A DNA stretch of 64,000 nucleotides from Oopsacas minuta (lineage: Eukaryota > Animalia > Porifera): assembly GCA_024704765.1 (NCBI GenBank), contig JAKMXF010000028.1, forward strand, positions 15,698 to 79,697, read 5' to 3'. How positions within the stretch are numbered: position 1 is the first letter of the stretch; every line of letters starts with the position of its first letter. A program made the translations under genes and the position numbers. The notes under the pieces are model-generated. The model was not told the DNA's origin. It was given only the letters and a program-made list of their open reading frames with translations, and did not search any database. Below, piece by piece: positions 25,540 to 38,211 of this stretch.

Positions 25540-26987
25540 GTTCGATTTCAGCTATACTACTAGTAAGCGGGACGTTGTTTATTTCGACACTGGTACTTTC
25601 TGAAATGTTACCGTGTTTACATTTTAGGTGTACCGTCAATCCTTGTTGATTTTGAATTTGTCATCACAGTGGGGGCATTCCAATTCGGGCTGTTCTGAAA
25701 TGTCAGGTAGAATGATTTCCTTCCATACCCCACGGTGGCTAACGCGATATATACATCCAAAACTGCCAAGTGTTGGCTCTCTGTTAGCACACATGTAAAA
25801 GCTAAATACACACGTTACAATGTTAAAATGTTAATAGCCAGTTAATTAAGTAATAGAATACGTAGGCACCTTCTTATTAAGCAATATTTCGAGCCCAAGA
25901 AAATAAGGAACCGATAAGGAACTTTCATTTTAAATTTGCATTAGTAAACATAGGGTCCTGGAGCGAATACTTAGACTAGCACCTTAGGGTCCTATGATAA
26001 AATTTCGAGCTGGGACCCTAGGGTCCCAGAAATAGAGGTTCTAAGAATTACTCCTCTATATTTTGTATTTACATCTAGTCGACTCTCGTTAATATGAACA
26101 CGGATAAGGACTACAAATTTTGATCCCCTGGCCTAAAATATGGCCAACTGTATACAAACGAACTCCGGTTAACAAGAACATGAATAATACGAAATATCGG
26201 ATAAGAGGTACGGTTGTCGTCCTTCAGTGCGTTTTCAACACTAAACACATCGGATAATACGAAGAGGGTATATGGGATAATGAGTTTCTCTATTTAACAA
26301 TTACAATTTTCGACTGCTATTTAGTTATTACTATGTATAGTATTTTGGACAAATTTGGCTATACTTCGGTTAATACGTACTCCGGTTAAGGAATACAAAT
26401 CTCCACGGTTAAATCTGTACTAATCTGTACTACCGCGGTTCGCTTGCTAGGTCGCTGCTCGACAACTTAGTCTCCAAGTTAGCTTATGTATTAATTAAAC
26501 AGCTAAATTTTATAGTGTTATTGGTCGCTAAACGACAGAATATACTCTACAGTATGTGCCTCGAATTTACAGAATGGCTAAAATTTAATTATCCATGGCC
26601 CACCAAAATTACATTTAATGGCCTTTTGTGGTGATATTGGAGCTTCTACGTCGCTTTTGGATAGTAATCCGTGCAATTCGTGCCTCGATTACAGTCGAAC
26701 CTCCGATATCCGGGCAGTGTGGGACCGGTGTGGTAGTGTCATGTGTCCTCCCTAAATTCTGTCCCCCCGGACTAGTGGCACTAGGGCAAGGAGTCCCGCG
26801 GACGAATGGCACTAGTGTGGAGTGTCCCCCCGGACCTCTGACACTTGGGTAAGTAGTCCCCACTTTGGGTCAGATGTCCCCCAGCGGACCTCTGGCACTA
26901 GTGCGGATTTATCCAAAGATATTATCTACTTTCTAAATACCTTTGTATTGTACTAGTGAAACCTATTTCAAATTCAAATATTTCTAC

Positions 26988-29570
26988 TCAGTTTGCTACT
27001 ACGATCTTTCTCTGCCATCTCTTCGTGCACTTTCGACGTGGCTTTTTTGAAGAAAGGAACAGAGTCATGTTCAATTGTTCTAGACAGCTGTGCAGATGTA
27101 TCCTCATCTGAGTTTGATCAAAGGAGCACGTATGAGGGTCAATGCCTTGGCATAGTGCTGTAGCAAAGGCTATAGAAAATAGTCCACAATCTGTTCCCCC
27201 TGATTGTCTTTGAGTTTCAACAAATGTAGTTCAAAACTGCGTTCAATTGTTTTAATTATTGAGGCCACTTGTTTTCTCAAAGATAACGAACCCAGAGAAC
27301 ATGCTGGAATGCTATCATAAACATCCACAATTCCAGGTAGACAATTAAAGCTTGAGACACAGACCCAGTGTGTCCTACCTAAGTTGACAATCTGGACAAA
27401 TGAGATTGAAGTTGATTTATATGAAAGCTTTTCTGCAAGCATGAGGGGATCTTCAAGCCCATTTGTAAGTGGGTGCTGGTTTTTCAACAATTTTTGAGCC
27501 GCAACAATGTGTTTATCTGTCAGCCAAAGTCCATTTAGTATTTCTAGCTCATCAGTTGGGCTGAGATACAGATTGTGCACCCAGAATGGAGATGGTGATG
27601 GAGGACTTGAAGATATTGTACCGTTTATTGACTCCTATTAAAGAAGGTAGAATTTATTCGTGTAAGGGGGACTATCAGGTGATTTTATGAAATTGTGTAT
27701 ATTCTAACGGATAATTTCTCGATTTAGAGTTCAGAATGAAAATTTTAAACTAAAGAGAAGCTACACAAACCATTTTGTATCAACCATGATTATTGAGGTT
27801 GAATTGTTTGCGTTGATTGTCCTAAATTTATATAGAATGATTACTTACGTTGTCTTTTCTGTCAACAGAAATGACAAGTTCTTCTTTCGGTTCCTTCTCA
27901 CACAGTTCGTTTTCAGACTCTACAATTCCAGTTTGCATCGCTCTTTGTTTTGAATATCTGTAGCCTGATACATGATTCGATCTGATTTGAAATTTCTTCT
28001 TGCAGTACAACTTTAGACGGGAGATATTCTGAGTTTTTTGAGGAGAATTCCGGTTACACAATTGCGAAGCTTGTAAACTCCCTTCCCAATATCTTGAAAA
28101 ATTTCATATGGTCCAAGATACCGCATTCGAAATTTATCACCCTTTCTTCCATCCTTAGCACTATTTCGAAGGAGAACTAGTGTACCTGGTTTAAAATTCT
28201 AGAGCAAAACATATAAACTGGTATGTAAATACTAAATAATTCTTAAGAAGACTTACTTTAGATTGCTTTTGTTTTTTATCATACTCATTCTTCTGTTTTT
28301 CCTGTCCCTCCTGGATATTCTTATCAACCTTTCCATAAAGCGACTTCTTTATGTTATTCATCTGGCAAATAAATGCATCTATGTTAGGGTCCGCAGGGAT
28401 ATTTAGATATTCAGGCATAAAATCCATCTCAATCGGCAGGATAGCTTCACTGTAGAATGTAATCGAGTTAAAAATTCTAGCATAGAACAGTTACAAATAT
28501 CTCACCGAAGGTACATTATTTCGAAAGGCGATTTTTTTGTTGTCTTTTGTACAGATGTTCTATATGCAAATAGAACTCCATCAATGTACATATCCCAATT
28601 ATCTTGTTCTTTTATTACAAGCTTTAGGAGAGCGTGTTGAATGGTCTGGTTAAATCGCTCAACTAAACCATTTGTTTGAGGGTGGTAGGCGGTAGAAATT
28701 CTATGAGTTGTTTTAGTTAGATCAAATAGCTCTTGATTCACTTTGTTAACGAATTCTCTACCCTGATCGCTGATAACTACCTGAGTGCATCCAAACCGGC
28801 ACATAGTCTTATAAAGAAAGAGAGCAACACCTTTAGCACTCTTATCTGGTAATGCATCTGCTTCTGGCCACTTTGAGAAGTAATCAACCAGGGTAATAAT
28901 GTATTTATTACCTCTTGGTGTCATTGTAAGTGGTCCAATCAAATCAACTCCCACCTATAAAAGTTAAAAAGACATCGATGTAAAATTAGAACGGTGCGAA
29001 TGAAAATCGACAGAAGAACGTACCATTTTCCATACCTCTGGATCAACTTTTATCGGATGTAAGGGAGCTTTAGCCTTTATAAAATTTCCAGATTCATTCA
29101 CTCTCTGACAAATGTCGCAAGCTGCAACATATTTACGTACATCATTGTACATATTAGGCCAGTAAAAACGGGCTGCAACTTTTTCGTACGTTTTGTCTCG
29201 CCCAAAATGTCCACCTAGATAATTTTAAACTGTAAAAGAAATTACTTCTATGGAAGAAATTATAGTTCTATTACATTGTTGTAAATGAATTACTAATATA
29301 CTCACCAAAGTCACTGGAATGGCAAGATTCTAAAACCCTTTCTCCCTCATCGCATGAACGTACAACGGTTCTCCATGTTCTATCTAATGGGTTGGCTGAT
29401 TTTAGTGCTTTCGTAGTGCTAACTGCAGAGTAGTGCAACAGGCCATCAGCTGTGAAGAAATGTTCATAACTTTTCCGACGAATAATTCGGCGTTCGTTTT
29501 TGGAAGAATTTAAAGGATAGCGTTTAAAAGCTGAATATTCGTATATCTGATCATACAAAACTTCAAACAT
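26988..29570 (-). CDS. Ginger transposase: H2C2 zinc finger, rve integrase, GPY motif, Ulp1-like protease; multi-exon with 2 apparent frameshifts
   Basis: GGHFGRDKT...CDICQR; VDLIGPL, SDQGREF, YHPQTNGLVERFN; YLGPYEI; THW, YDS and QSGGTDCGLF. Single-base deletions near 28040 and 27215. Confidence 0.8.
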
Positions 29571-29746
29571 ATTGTAGATAATCAAATGCAAGAAAATTGA
29601 GAAATTACAGTATAACTTCAAATGTATACTAATATATACTACAACCAATGAGTTTTTGAATGTTATCGTAAGTTCCAATATAAATTTGTCACGTAAATCA
29701 CTCTGTGGTATTTGCAACATCTACAAGTATAATAAAGTAGAGGTTA

Positions 29747-29904
29747 CTTATATATAGCTCAGCTCTACTAGAGCACAGTTTTTTCTCTATTGAATTTTTA
29801 TTGGTTTTGAACTAACACCTCCCGACTTTGATTAACACCTGCCGGTTTTCTGATTTTCTATTAGACAAAAAACTGTGCTCTACTATAGCTCAGCTTTATA
29901 TAAG
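29747..29904. mobile_element. MITE nested upstream of the Ginger ORF; family member at 63554..63720
   Basis: TA|CTTATATATAGCTCAGCTCTACTAGAGCACAGTTTT ... AAAACTGTGCTCTACTATAGCTCAGCTTTATATAAG|TA. Confidence 0.75.
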
Positions 29905-31189
29905 TACTCCCAATAAAGTATCACTTGTATTTACTAATTTGGTATTTTCTACATACAACCCGAGGACTACTAACCCTAGTGCCGGAAGGGGACTTCTGAC
30001 CCAAAAGGAGGACTACTGACCCTAGTGCCAGAGGTCCGGGGGACATATCACCCTAGTGCCACAAGTCCGGGGGGACAGCTCACCCGGGGGACCACTGCCC
30101 CTCTGACACCGGATCTTGGAAATACCAATATCTCCAGGTATTGCCGGAGTCAGGGACACGTCGCCACGGGGGTGCATGCCACCTAACCCCTTGGCTTAAA
30201 TTGCAAACTGGAAATTTCGGCTCGCTTCGCTCGCATCCTACCCTCAATATTATGTAATCTCACCCAAAAATAAGGGATATAGCTTGTATTGATCTACCGA
30301 ATTAGGTAACATTTTCTTGGGTTATACTCTGAGCAAATGCAGTGTTTCCCCAGGCCGTTTTGGCGTAACTGAATGGTGGAAACTGGTGGACAACTACTTG
30401 ACTGAATGGTGGAAAACGGTGGAAAATAGGCTGAATTATAGAAAATGGTGGAAAATGGAACCATCTTTATATTAATTTATACGAGCCTTTGGCTTGTCGC
30501 TTCGCGATGAACTCGACACATTGCTCCTCAAGGTATTCAACGGACAAACAAACAGACAAACAACAATTGAGATTTAATAATATAGTTCTGTTACAAATAC
30601 TTCAATTATAGAATTCTATTGACATAATTATGACAAAGATTTGCTTTAAAAGTACTCCGAATATACTCCTTTAGAGTATCCTCTGACCCAAATGGGGGGA
30701 TATGTATGCAGCATCCCCTCACCCCAAAAGTGGGGGATGATTGTATGGAGCACCCCCCATCCCCCCGGGATTTACGCCCCATGCCTGCAGCGACCTAGCA
30801 AGCGAAGCGCGTTGGTACAGATTAATTGTGTTTTAAATAAACAGGGATCTAGAATTCGATTTTAACATCTTAAGTAATTCCTTAATTATCTTTGTGTTCA
30901 CATGTTAAACACAAGTTCCAATCCATATATAAGCTAGATATACATCATTTACAAGTCCGAATTTGTCTGTTTAGTACCATTTAGTACAGCCAGTGGCGTA
31001 TCCAGAGGAGGAATTTGGGTGTTCAAACATTCCCTCATAACTGGTTTCCAAAAGGGATGTGTTGTTATTTATAATTCGATTTTCCTTAATAAGCGCATAG
31101 CTTTTGGAATCTTATTTCCAGAATGCTATCCTATTTTCACAATTATTTTTCAACGTGTTTCCCGGACGATATCCCAGAAGACTCCAGAT

Positions 31190-31809
31190 CAGGGCCGTAG
31201 CCAGAGCATAGCGTTAGGAGGGGCTAAGTAAACTTTGGGGAAGGCTTGGATACTTAAGATTTTTATATCTATTTTTTGGGGTAGGCCCATACCCAAACTC
31301 CCAAGCTACTTTGGGGGAAGGTAAAATTACTTAGTTCATAAATATTAAAACAACTCTGGCATTCTATAGTTTCGCTTAGTAATCGCGTACATTGTGACAT
31401 TCCAATGAACTACAAATCTATTTAATCTCATAAATTTAAATAATATCTAAAATAAACGAAGTCTTCTAACCTTCTTCCTAGAATGGTGATTATAGCTATG
31501 AGGAATGATTTCACTATTCGCATATAAAATGTAATCAAACTGGAAGGAATATATGTTGTGGTCATATAAAAACAAAAAATACAATTTCAATGGTCGCTGT
31601 AAAAGCATCCATATAATTAAGTATATTCACCAGCAAGAGAAATTAGATAACTAAAATGTATAGTCAATTTGACATATTCACAAAGATTTCCTTGATTTAA
31701 CTAATATTTAAGATCTAAGATAGTAAAGATCAATATAGCTTAGCAAAAATTTACGAGGTGGTTATATTTGCTAGGGGGAGCTCAGCCCCCCCCCCTAGCT
31801 ACGGCCCTG
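31190..31809. mobile_element. hAT-type MITE, 620 bp
   Basis: Perfect 12-bp TIR CAGGGCCGTAGC, 8-bp TSD CTCCAGAT; empty site in the right arm near 43375. Confidence 0.92.
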
Positions 31810-31986
31810 CTCCAGATAACTAATGTATTAGCAGACTATGATTTTGGGGAGGAGATCAAACTAAAAAGCAAACCAAATAATTCAGTGTTATACGGACAAA
31901 AATCACCAAAATATTTAGCCCGGCAGGATCGATTACTAGTGCCATTACACACAAATTTAATTAATTGAAAAAGCTGTCTGCACAGG

Positions 31987-32679
31987 CAGTGCCGGATTTA
32001 CCATTAGGCTTTGTAGGCTATAGCCTTCGGGCCACTTATAAAGAGGGTCTTTCTTAGAGACTAAATTTCTTAATTCGAAATATATTTGCAATTCGAACTT
32101 TAGAAGTTTAACTCCTTATCACTATTATACTCCTGAATACCATTACATTGATTTTAGTATAATTTGGAAAAACTGTTTTAGATTTGATCATCTCAATATT
32201 CTAGAATTCCTAACTAGATTATTAGATTAATATTCTAGCATTTCGAAATCTCTATTTCCTTGATTTAGTAGTTCCAATCAGTTCTAGAAAAGTGTATATT
32301 CTTCTTTCGTGTGATTTCAAAACTCAATTGATTTCGATGTTATTGTGCGTAGTTTCGCTTCAAGGAAAGCTCAAAAAGTCTCGATTGTTTAGATAATGAT
32401 TATATAGATTATAATCTCTAGTAAGTAGTATTTGATATGTCATAGATTAGTTCATTTTATACATTGTTTACTTTTAAATGTGTTATATTAACCATCATGC
32501 CACTTCAGGCCAGTCATTTATTCCACCCAATATTGACAGAGACCCCTGCACTGTAAAATTTGGCACTTTCTAGTTTGTAAAATAATTGAAATTTGGGGGG
32601 GCACCAACCAATGTCGACCATCTTTCGGGGCACTTGTATGTTCCAGCCTTCGGGCTACTCCAGGGTAAATCCGGCCCTG
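31987..32679. mobile_element. hAT-type MITE, 693 bp
   Basis: CAGTGCCGGATTTACC ... GGTAAATCCGGCCCTG, TSD TGCACAGG/GGCACAGG; empty site near 43205. Confidence 0.88.
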
Positions 32680-32835
32680 GGCACAGGAAACTTGGATATT
32701 TTAGTTTATATCAGATTTCATTGAAAGTAATTATTATTATAGAACCATACTGTTTGTAACCAATTCTATGTTAAGTTTATATTTAATATTTTCAATTTTT
32801 ATTGTATTTTCAGATTATTTTTTGCGATTCCTATA

Positions 32836-34080
32836 ATGGCTAGTGTTAGCACCGCTCAATTTGATGGGAGTTTTCCGTCTCAGGTAGAGAGAGTCCACAG
32901 AGAAATCAATGAGAGATTCATTAGGGCACACAAGGTTCTGCAAGACAGAGAGAAAGATCTCTTAGCAGAATTACAGCACTTATTAGATGATTTTACTGGA
33001 GAGGGAATAGAGGAGGAAAAGGAACAAATGGTGGCCTCCAAAGAACTGTTGTCTACTCTAAAAGGGAACACGGGGAAAGATGTTCTAGATCAGAGTGTTG
33101 CTCTCATGGATGAAAGAATTAAAGAGTTAGAGAGCAAACTCGAGACAGTTCGTCTTACCTATACAAACGTGGGTTTGGAATGGGATGAGTTGCTGGAGAA
33201 GAAACTTGGAGAAACTGGTAGATTACGACTTAATCCCAGGAAGAGCAAGACACCAGACTACAAGAATATGTCTCAACCTGTAGAGGTGTTTGGGAGACAT
33301 AGTAAAAAGGACAAATCATCTGGTGTGTTTTATTCTCCTGGTAGTATAGCTATAGATCCTCTGACTAACTATATCTACATATGTGATGCAGGATCGCATA
33401 AAGTACAGGTATTCAATAGTTCTTATGATTTTGTATTCCTATTCGGTCACAAGATGGATTGTCCAGCTGGTATTTGTATAGTACAGGACAATTTGTATGT
33501 AACACAGCATATTAGCTGTTGTATGAACGTATATTCTATGAGAGGACAATTATTGCATTCTGTCGGTAGTGAAGGAAAGAATGAATTAGAATTTGACTAT
33601 CCAGTAGGCATAGATATCTCTATTGATAAGAATAGCATTTATATTGCGGAATTCAATAATGACCGAGTTCAATGCTTGAACTTAGATCTGTCTTTTAAAT
33701 CTTTCATTCCTGATATTTATGGAGCTATAGATGTTAAGCTAACCTCTACTGAGGTTGTTGTTCTGCGTATTAGTGATCCTTGCTTGATTATTTATAATTA
33801 TGCTCACGAATCAATTCGTCATATGATTACTAAAGGAGTAGGGAAACTAGTAATAAAGCCAGCTCGTTTATTCGTGGATGAATCTGGTAATATTCTTATT
33901 CCTGACTATAATGCTCATTGTTTATGTGTGTTTTCACATGAAGGGGAATTACTACACAAGATTGGAAAGGAAGGACAAGAGAGAGGAGAGTTTATCAAAC
34001 CCACAGGAGTATGTATTAACCAGGAAGGGAGGCTTCTAGTATCATCTCGTAATCCTAATCATGCTATACAGATATTCTAA
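32836..34080 (+). CDS. Coiled-coil + NHL beta-propeller protein, copy 1 (414 aa, no RING or B-box)
   Basis: Intact ORF with NHL blades such as FYSPGSIAIDP...ICDAGSHKVQVF and FIKPTGVCIN; splice acceptor TTTTCAG just upstream of the ATG. Confidence 0.92.
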   Translation: MASVSTAQFDGSFPSQVERVHREINERFIRAHKVLQDREKDLLAELQHLLDDFTGEGIEEEKEQMVASKELLSTLKGNTGKDVLDQSVALMDERIKELESKLETVRLTYTNVGLEWDELLEKKLGETGRLRLNPRKSKTPDYKNMSQPVEVFGRHSKKDKSSGVFYSPGSIAIDPLTNYIYICDAGSHKVQVFNSSYDFVFLFGHKMDCPAGICIVQDNLYVTQHISCCMNVYSMRGQLLHSVGSEGKNELEFDYPVGIDISIDKNSIYIAEFNNDRVQCLNLDLSFKSFIPDIYGAIDVKLTSTEVVVLRISDPCLIIYNYAHESIRHMITKGVGKLVIKPARLFVDESGNILIPDYNAHCLCVFSHEGELLHKIGKEGQERGEFIKPTGVCINQEGRLLVSSRNPNHAIQIF

Positions 34081-34413
34081 TTTTATCATTTCCCTTTAAC
34101 TTTTCTCGTTTTTGGTACTTTTTAGTATCTTTACTATTGTCTATTCCTTTAGTGGTAATATTAGTGCTATTTTCTTATATTCTATATTCTTGCTAATTAC
34201 GTCATTTGATAGTTTAATGGGATTACTTATATGTCGGCGGTCTACATTGTCGGCTAGCCGACAAATAAGGAATTATGGCCGACATATAAGGATTTATAAG
34301 GAACATATAATGATTATTATAAGGAATGTTATATTGCTACACTAGAGAAAGTATCTACATATATGTGTATATCTCTAATGACAACTATTACACTGCGACA
34401 AAGTACCAAATTT

Positions 34414-37292
34414 TCATTTGTTTTTATCTGTATTCCTTTTCTTCGTCCTAACATCGTTAAAGCTCCGTTTCCTTTTATTAGAAGGGCACCCTTTGGATCG
34501 AACACGTCTAGGATTTAGGATTGTTGCGATACTTGGAATAATTGCTCCACTTTCCTGTGGTATAGGTCTTAGCAATTGGTCCATTTCGGTTAATTTACCT
34601 CTCATAAGCGAAAAAGTTGAATGGTCAAATGATGCAAGATGAGCAATGTTTTTAAATTCTGTTGTTAGCATGTCATACCTTTCGTCTTTCGTTAGGATAG
34701 GATTATTTTGATCATTTTCTTGTAATTCTATTACATTCTGACTACCAATACAGCTGTAGATATTAGAATTGTGATCTGCTTGATTCTCTATCAATTATGA
34801 GACGATATATTAATAGTTTAAAGAACACAAGGACACAACGTTAATAATTTGGCAAGTCATTACGTAATTCTGATATAACCGAGTGCGGTTGCAATAATAT
34901 CTGTGCTTTATCGAATGACTACTTACCTTCCAGAAATCAACTATAGCTTTGTCGTGTATATTCGTTATTTTCTCGTGATGATAAACAATAAGCATGTGAC
35001 GACATGGTAATCCCCATGATGATGGGAATAAGCATGTGCAAAATGTCAACGTTGTCTTACGGCTGGACTTAGTAAAAACCTTCGATAACCCGAGGTCCAT
35101 AGATGTTAATTTCTCCTTGTTGGTACCTCCCGGCAATCCTTCTCTTTCAACTAGAATAAAGACAAAATACGTATTTGAATTAGATAAATTATTATACGTA
35201 CACTCGAACTTATCCGGACTCCGATATCCGGGTACCTCCCTCAACCGGGCACCATTTTTCCAAAAGGATTGAAATTGATTCGACCATTTCAATTTTTAGT
35301 AAATATTCCTTATAGTAGAGCTGTTTTACTCGTACTTCATATCTAACACGTTTCTTTGTAACTAAAAACCATCATAACAGCTATATCCGTCCATATCGAT
35401 ATTTATCCTATTGATTATAATTGGATCCAGAGTTGGAATCGGGATCGGGTTTCTCGGGTACGGTTCTGAAAAGTGGACCCGATTCCAACTGATTGGCCCT
35501 CCCATAGAGTTAATGTTATTTCTCAGATTCGGGCAAATTCTGACTTCCGGCACTACCGGATAAGAGAGGTTCGAGTATACTATATTATTACAACTTCTTC
35601 CTTACCTGAGTCTCTGACAATAGAGTTAACTTCATAAATCTTTCCTTCGCCAACGTTAAATATGGCATCAACACTATATTGCATGCACTGATCAATTTGT
35701 GCCTTTACAATCGCCAGTGCAAATGGTGTTAACTTAAAGTTTCGTTCTATTGGATGTTTAGATGAGTATGTAGCCATTTTAAGTGCTAACCGGGTTGCAC
35801 GTCCTTCATTTTGTTCTGAAAGGGTCTTCCTATTTTCATCAATTTTATTCGCGAGATGTGTAAGAAGAGTATGTGCATTTAAAAATTGTTTGATCGTTGA
35901 GTGAATGGATTCTGAACGTTGTGTGGAATGAGCACCCAACGTGAGGTGTTGCCAGGTCCATCGTGATGCCCATTGAATTCTCTTGTCATATAATATACGT
36001 AAAAAAAGTTGAGCTGAATGGAAAACTTTCTCGTTATTCGACTTTTGCCTGGATTGAACTAGAGCCAAAAGTTCTTTCCATTCTTGATCAAAATCATCAC
36101 GAGATCCTGAATCTTGTTTTTACATAGATTCCACCATGAATTTAAGAAAGCATTCCAACTTTCGCATAAGTTTCCATGTCGGCCACTGAAAAGAGGTCTA
36201 ATATGTTTGACAATATTTTGGCCAATGTGAAAAGTGCAAAGGAGATGTATAGTGGAAGGGTAGACATTTCTGATCGCTGCGGCCATAGCTGGGTCACCGT
36301 CTGTAATAATGATTTTGGGTGGATGTCGAAATGGTTTCAGGAATTCACTGAATGCCCAAGTAAATGCTTCCTCTGTTTCACGATCAAGTAGTGTACATGC
36401 CAGGGCTTGAGTATTTCCATGTTTATTGACTGTACAAAAACCGGCAAACTTAAGGGTATATTTATTTCTACCATGGGTGGTATCGAAGAGCACGATATTA
36501 GCTTCAGAATTTTCAACCCAGGGTTCAAAACTATCGGTTAATGTCCAAAAGACTTTACTCATTGAGCTGTCTTCTGCTGTCTGTATAGCGAAATACAATC
36601 CTTTGGTAGATAATTGTTCTTGTAGATAACTGACGAAGTTCGTTGCATCAAAACTTCTTTCTTTAACACTTGGCTGAAATTTATTGTACACATCTTGATA
36701 AGACCAGTTATTGGAAGATGTTTTTCATGTGCTTTACTTATAAAAACTTGATTAATTTTTGATGCTGTGAGACCTGCACGTTTAAGCTCAAAGCCGAGGG
36801 TATTAAATTCGAATGGTATTTGTCGAAGGGAAGACTCCGCTAGACTAGCGCTATGACTTTCTACTAAATTGTGATTGTGTGCAAAATTTCCTGTAACTAC
36901 TGCCCAACCTTCAATACATTCTTCTAAACGAATGCTATATGGACAATTACACCTTTGTGTAATGGTATTTCGTTTTCATTTGTGAGTTTGGCCTTTTTAG
37001 CTCTGTAGCAACTTAAAACCCTCTGCTTGCCTTTTCTAGATGTAGGTGTATAAGTTGAACTCCACACTAAGTTGAATCTCCCGCCACCAGTAGCAAGATC
37101 CAACGCCCATTCATTTAAATCTAATTTAGATGTCACATGAGATTCCCAAGATCCTTTGGGCATATCATACGGTAGGATAGCAGACCTTGATAGAATCATT
37201 GTATCAATTCTTCTTCTGACATTCGTATGGGTTATTGATTCAGAAACACTCTGATTTTCAGAGACTTGCTCTGGGTCTACCTGGGATCCCAA
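34414..37292 (-). CDS. MULE (FAR1/FHY3-like) transposase with SWIM finger; introns; 3 apparent single-base deletions
   Basis: RCNCP...HNH finger, FDTTHGRNKY, ITDGDPAM, LLCTFHIGQNI, STQRSESIHS, CTC...GLPCRH, RSKG. Predicted intron 35605..35151 and a second intron after FWK. Confidence 0.8.
35201..35577. mobile_element. Tc1/Tigger-type MITE inside the predicted MULE intron
   Basis: TA|CACTCGAAC ... GTTCGAGTA|TA. Confidence 0.75.
35428..35491. mobile_element. 64-bp hairpin mini-element (partner at 49320..49390)
   Basis: 13-bp inverted repeat AGTTGGAATCGGG/CCCGATTCCAACT; flanks ATTGGATC/ATTGGCCC. Confidence 0.7.
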
Positions 37293-38211
37293 TCAGAAAA
37301 TGACCTTTTGAACCCGAAATTCAACCAAATTTGCCCAAAAATTGCATGTTAGAAATATACGTTTTCCCCTTTAGGATTACCACGATTTTGATTAATACGA
37401 ATTATTATGCATATATGGAGAAATTCGAGGCAATTTATACGAAGTTAGAAATAGAAAAATTCCTTATATGGTGCCTAAATCCTTATTTGTCGGCTAAATC
37501 CTTATTTGTCGGCCATTATTCCTTATTTGTCGGCTAGCCGACAATGTAGGCCGCCGACATATAAGTAATCCCTAGTTTAATTGTTCAATTTTTTTGTTAT
37601 TAGCTTTATAACTCAAATATTTCATAAACATTACTTAGTATGACAGATAAATCTATTTTAGTAACACAGCTTCAACAATCTCATTCTACAGGTATTTAAT
37701 ATATTTATATTATAAGTAGGAATATAGGAATAGGACAGCTAATAGTGGCGGTTACAAGGGGTGGGGGCGAAATCTCAATATTTAGATGATTGAATATACA
37801 AAGACCCATGTGTTACAGTGCAACCTCTAATTCTAAGCGAGCGATATTCTTCCACCTCAAAATCTCAGCGTAAGGATTTTTCCATTAGAAATAATCAATT
37901 TGGAGTTATCTGTAGATCTGCTGACCTAACCTCCTTCATTTATAGAGGTTGTATTGTATAACAAATTTCTTGTTATTTGCAGCTAAGGAATATTTTTAGC
38001 GAAAGTAGAAACGTGAAAATTTTGCATATTTGCCTACCTCACCCTGACACTAATTTACTGATTTCTGCTCAAATTTGAGGAGACGAGCGTGTTGTGAATA
38101 ACTTGATAAATTCGCAGGTTCGAAGAAATGACCGTCACACCTTTCATTCGGAACTAACATTTTACTATTTATAATGTGTAGAAGCTTTGCTAAAATCATT
38201 TCCCTGTATAG

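Larger units (their letters stand above)
26729..30109 (-). mobile_element. Ginger1 DNA transposon, 3381 bp
   Basis: CCGG|TGT ... ACA|CCGG (4-bp TSD), long GC-rich imperfect TIRs with GGCACTAG/GTCCCCCCGGAC sub-repeats, and an intron-containing Gypsy-like integrase without gag, RT or LTRs. Confidence 0.9.
34219..37572 (-). mobile_element. Mutator/MULE transposon, 3354 bp
   Basis: TIRs GGGATTACTTATATGTCGGCGG...(~70 bp), perfect 9-bp TSD TAGTTTAAT; empty site in the right arm near 41660. Confidence 0.95.

Noticed and set aside
28030-28050. Programmed -1 frameshifting at A runs in Ginger, MULE and Myb
   Set aside because: No canonical X_XXY_YYZ heptamer in frame; assembly error or decay is simpler.
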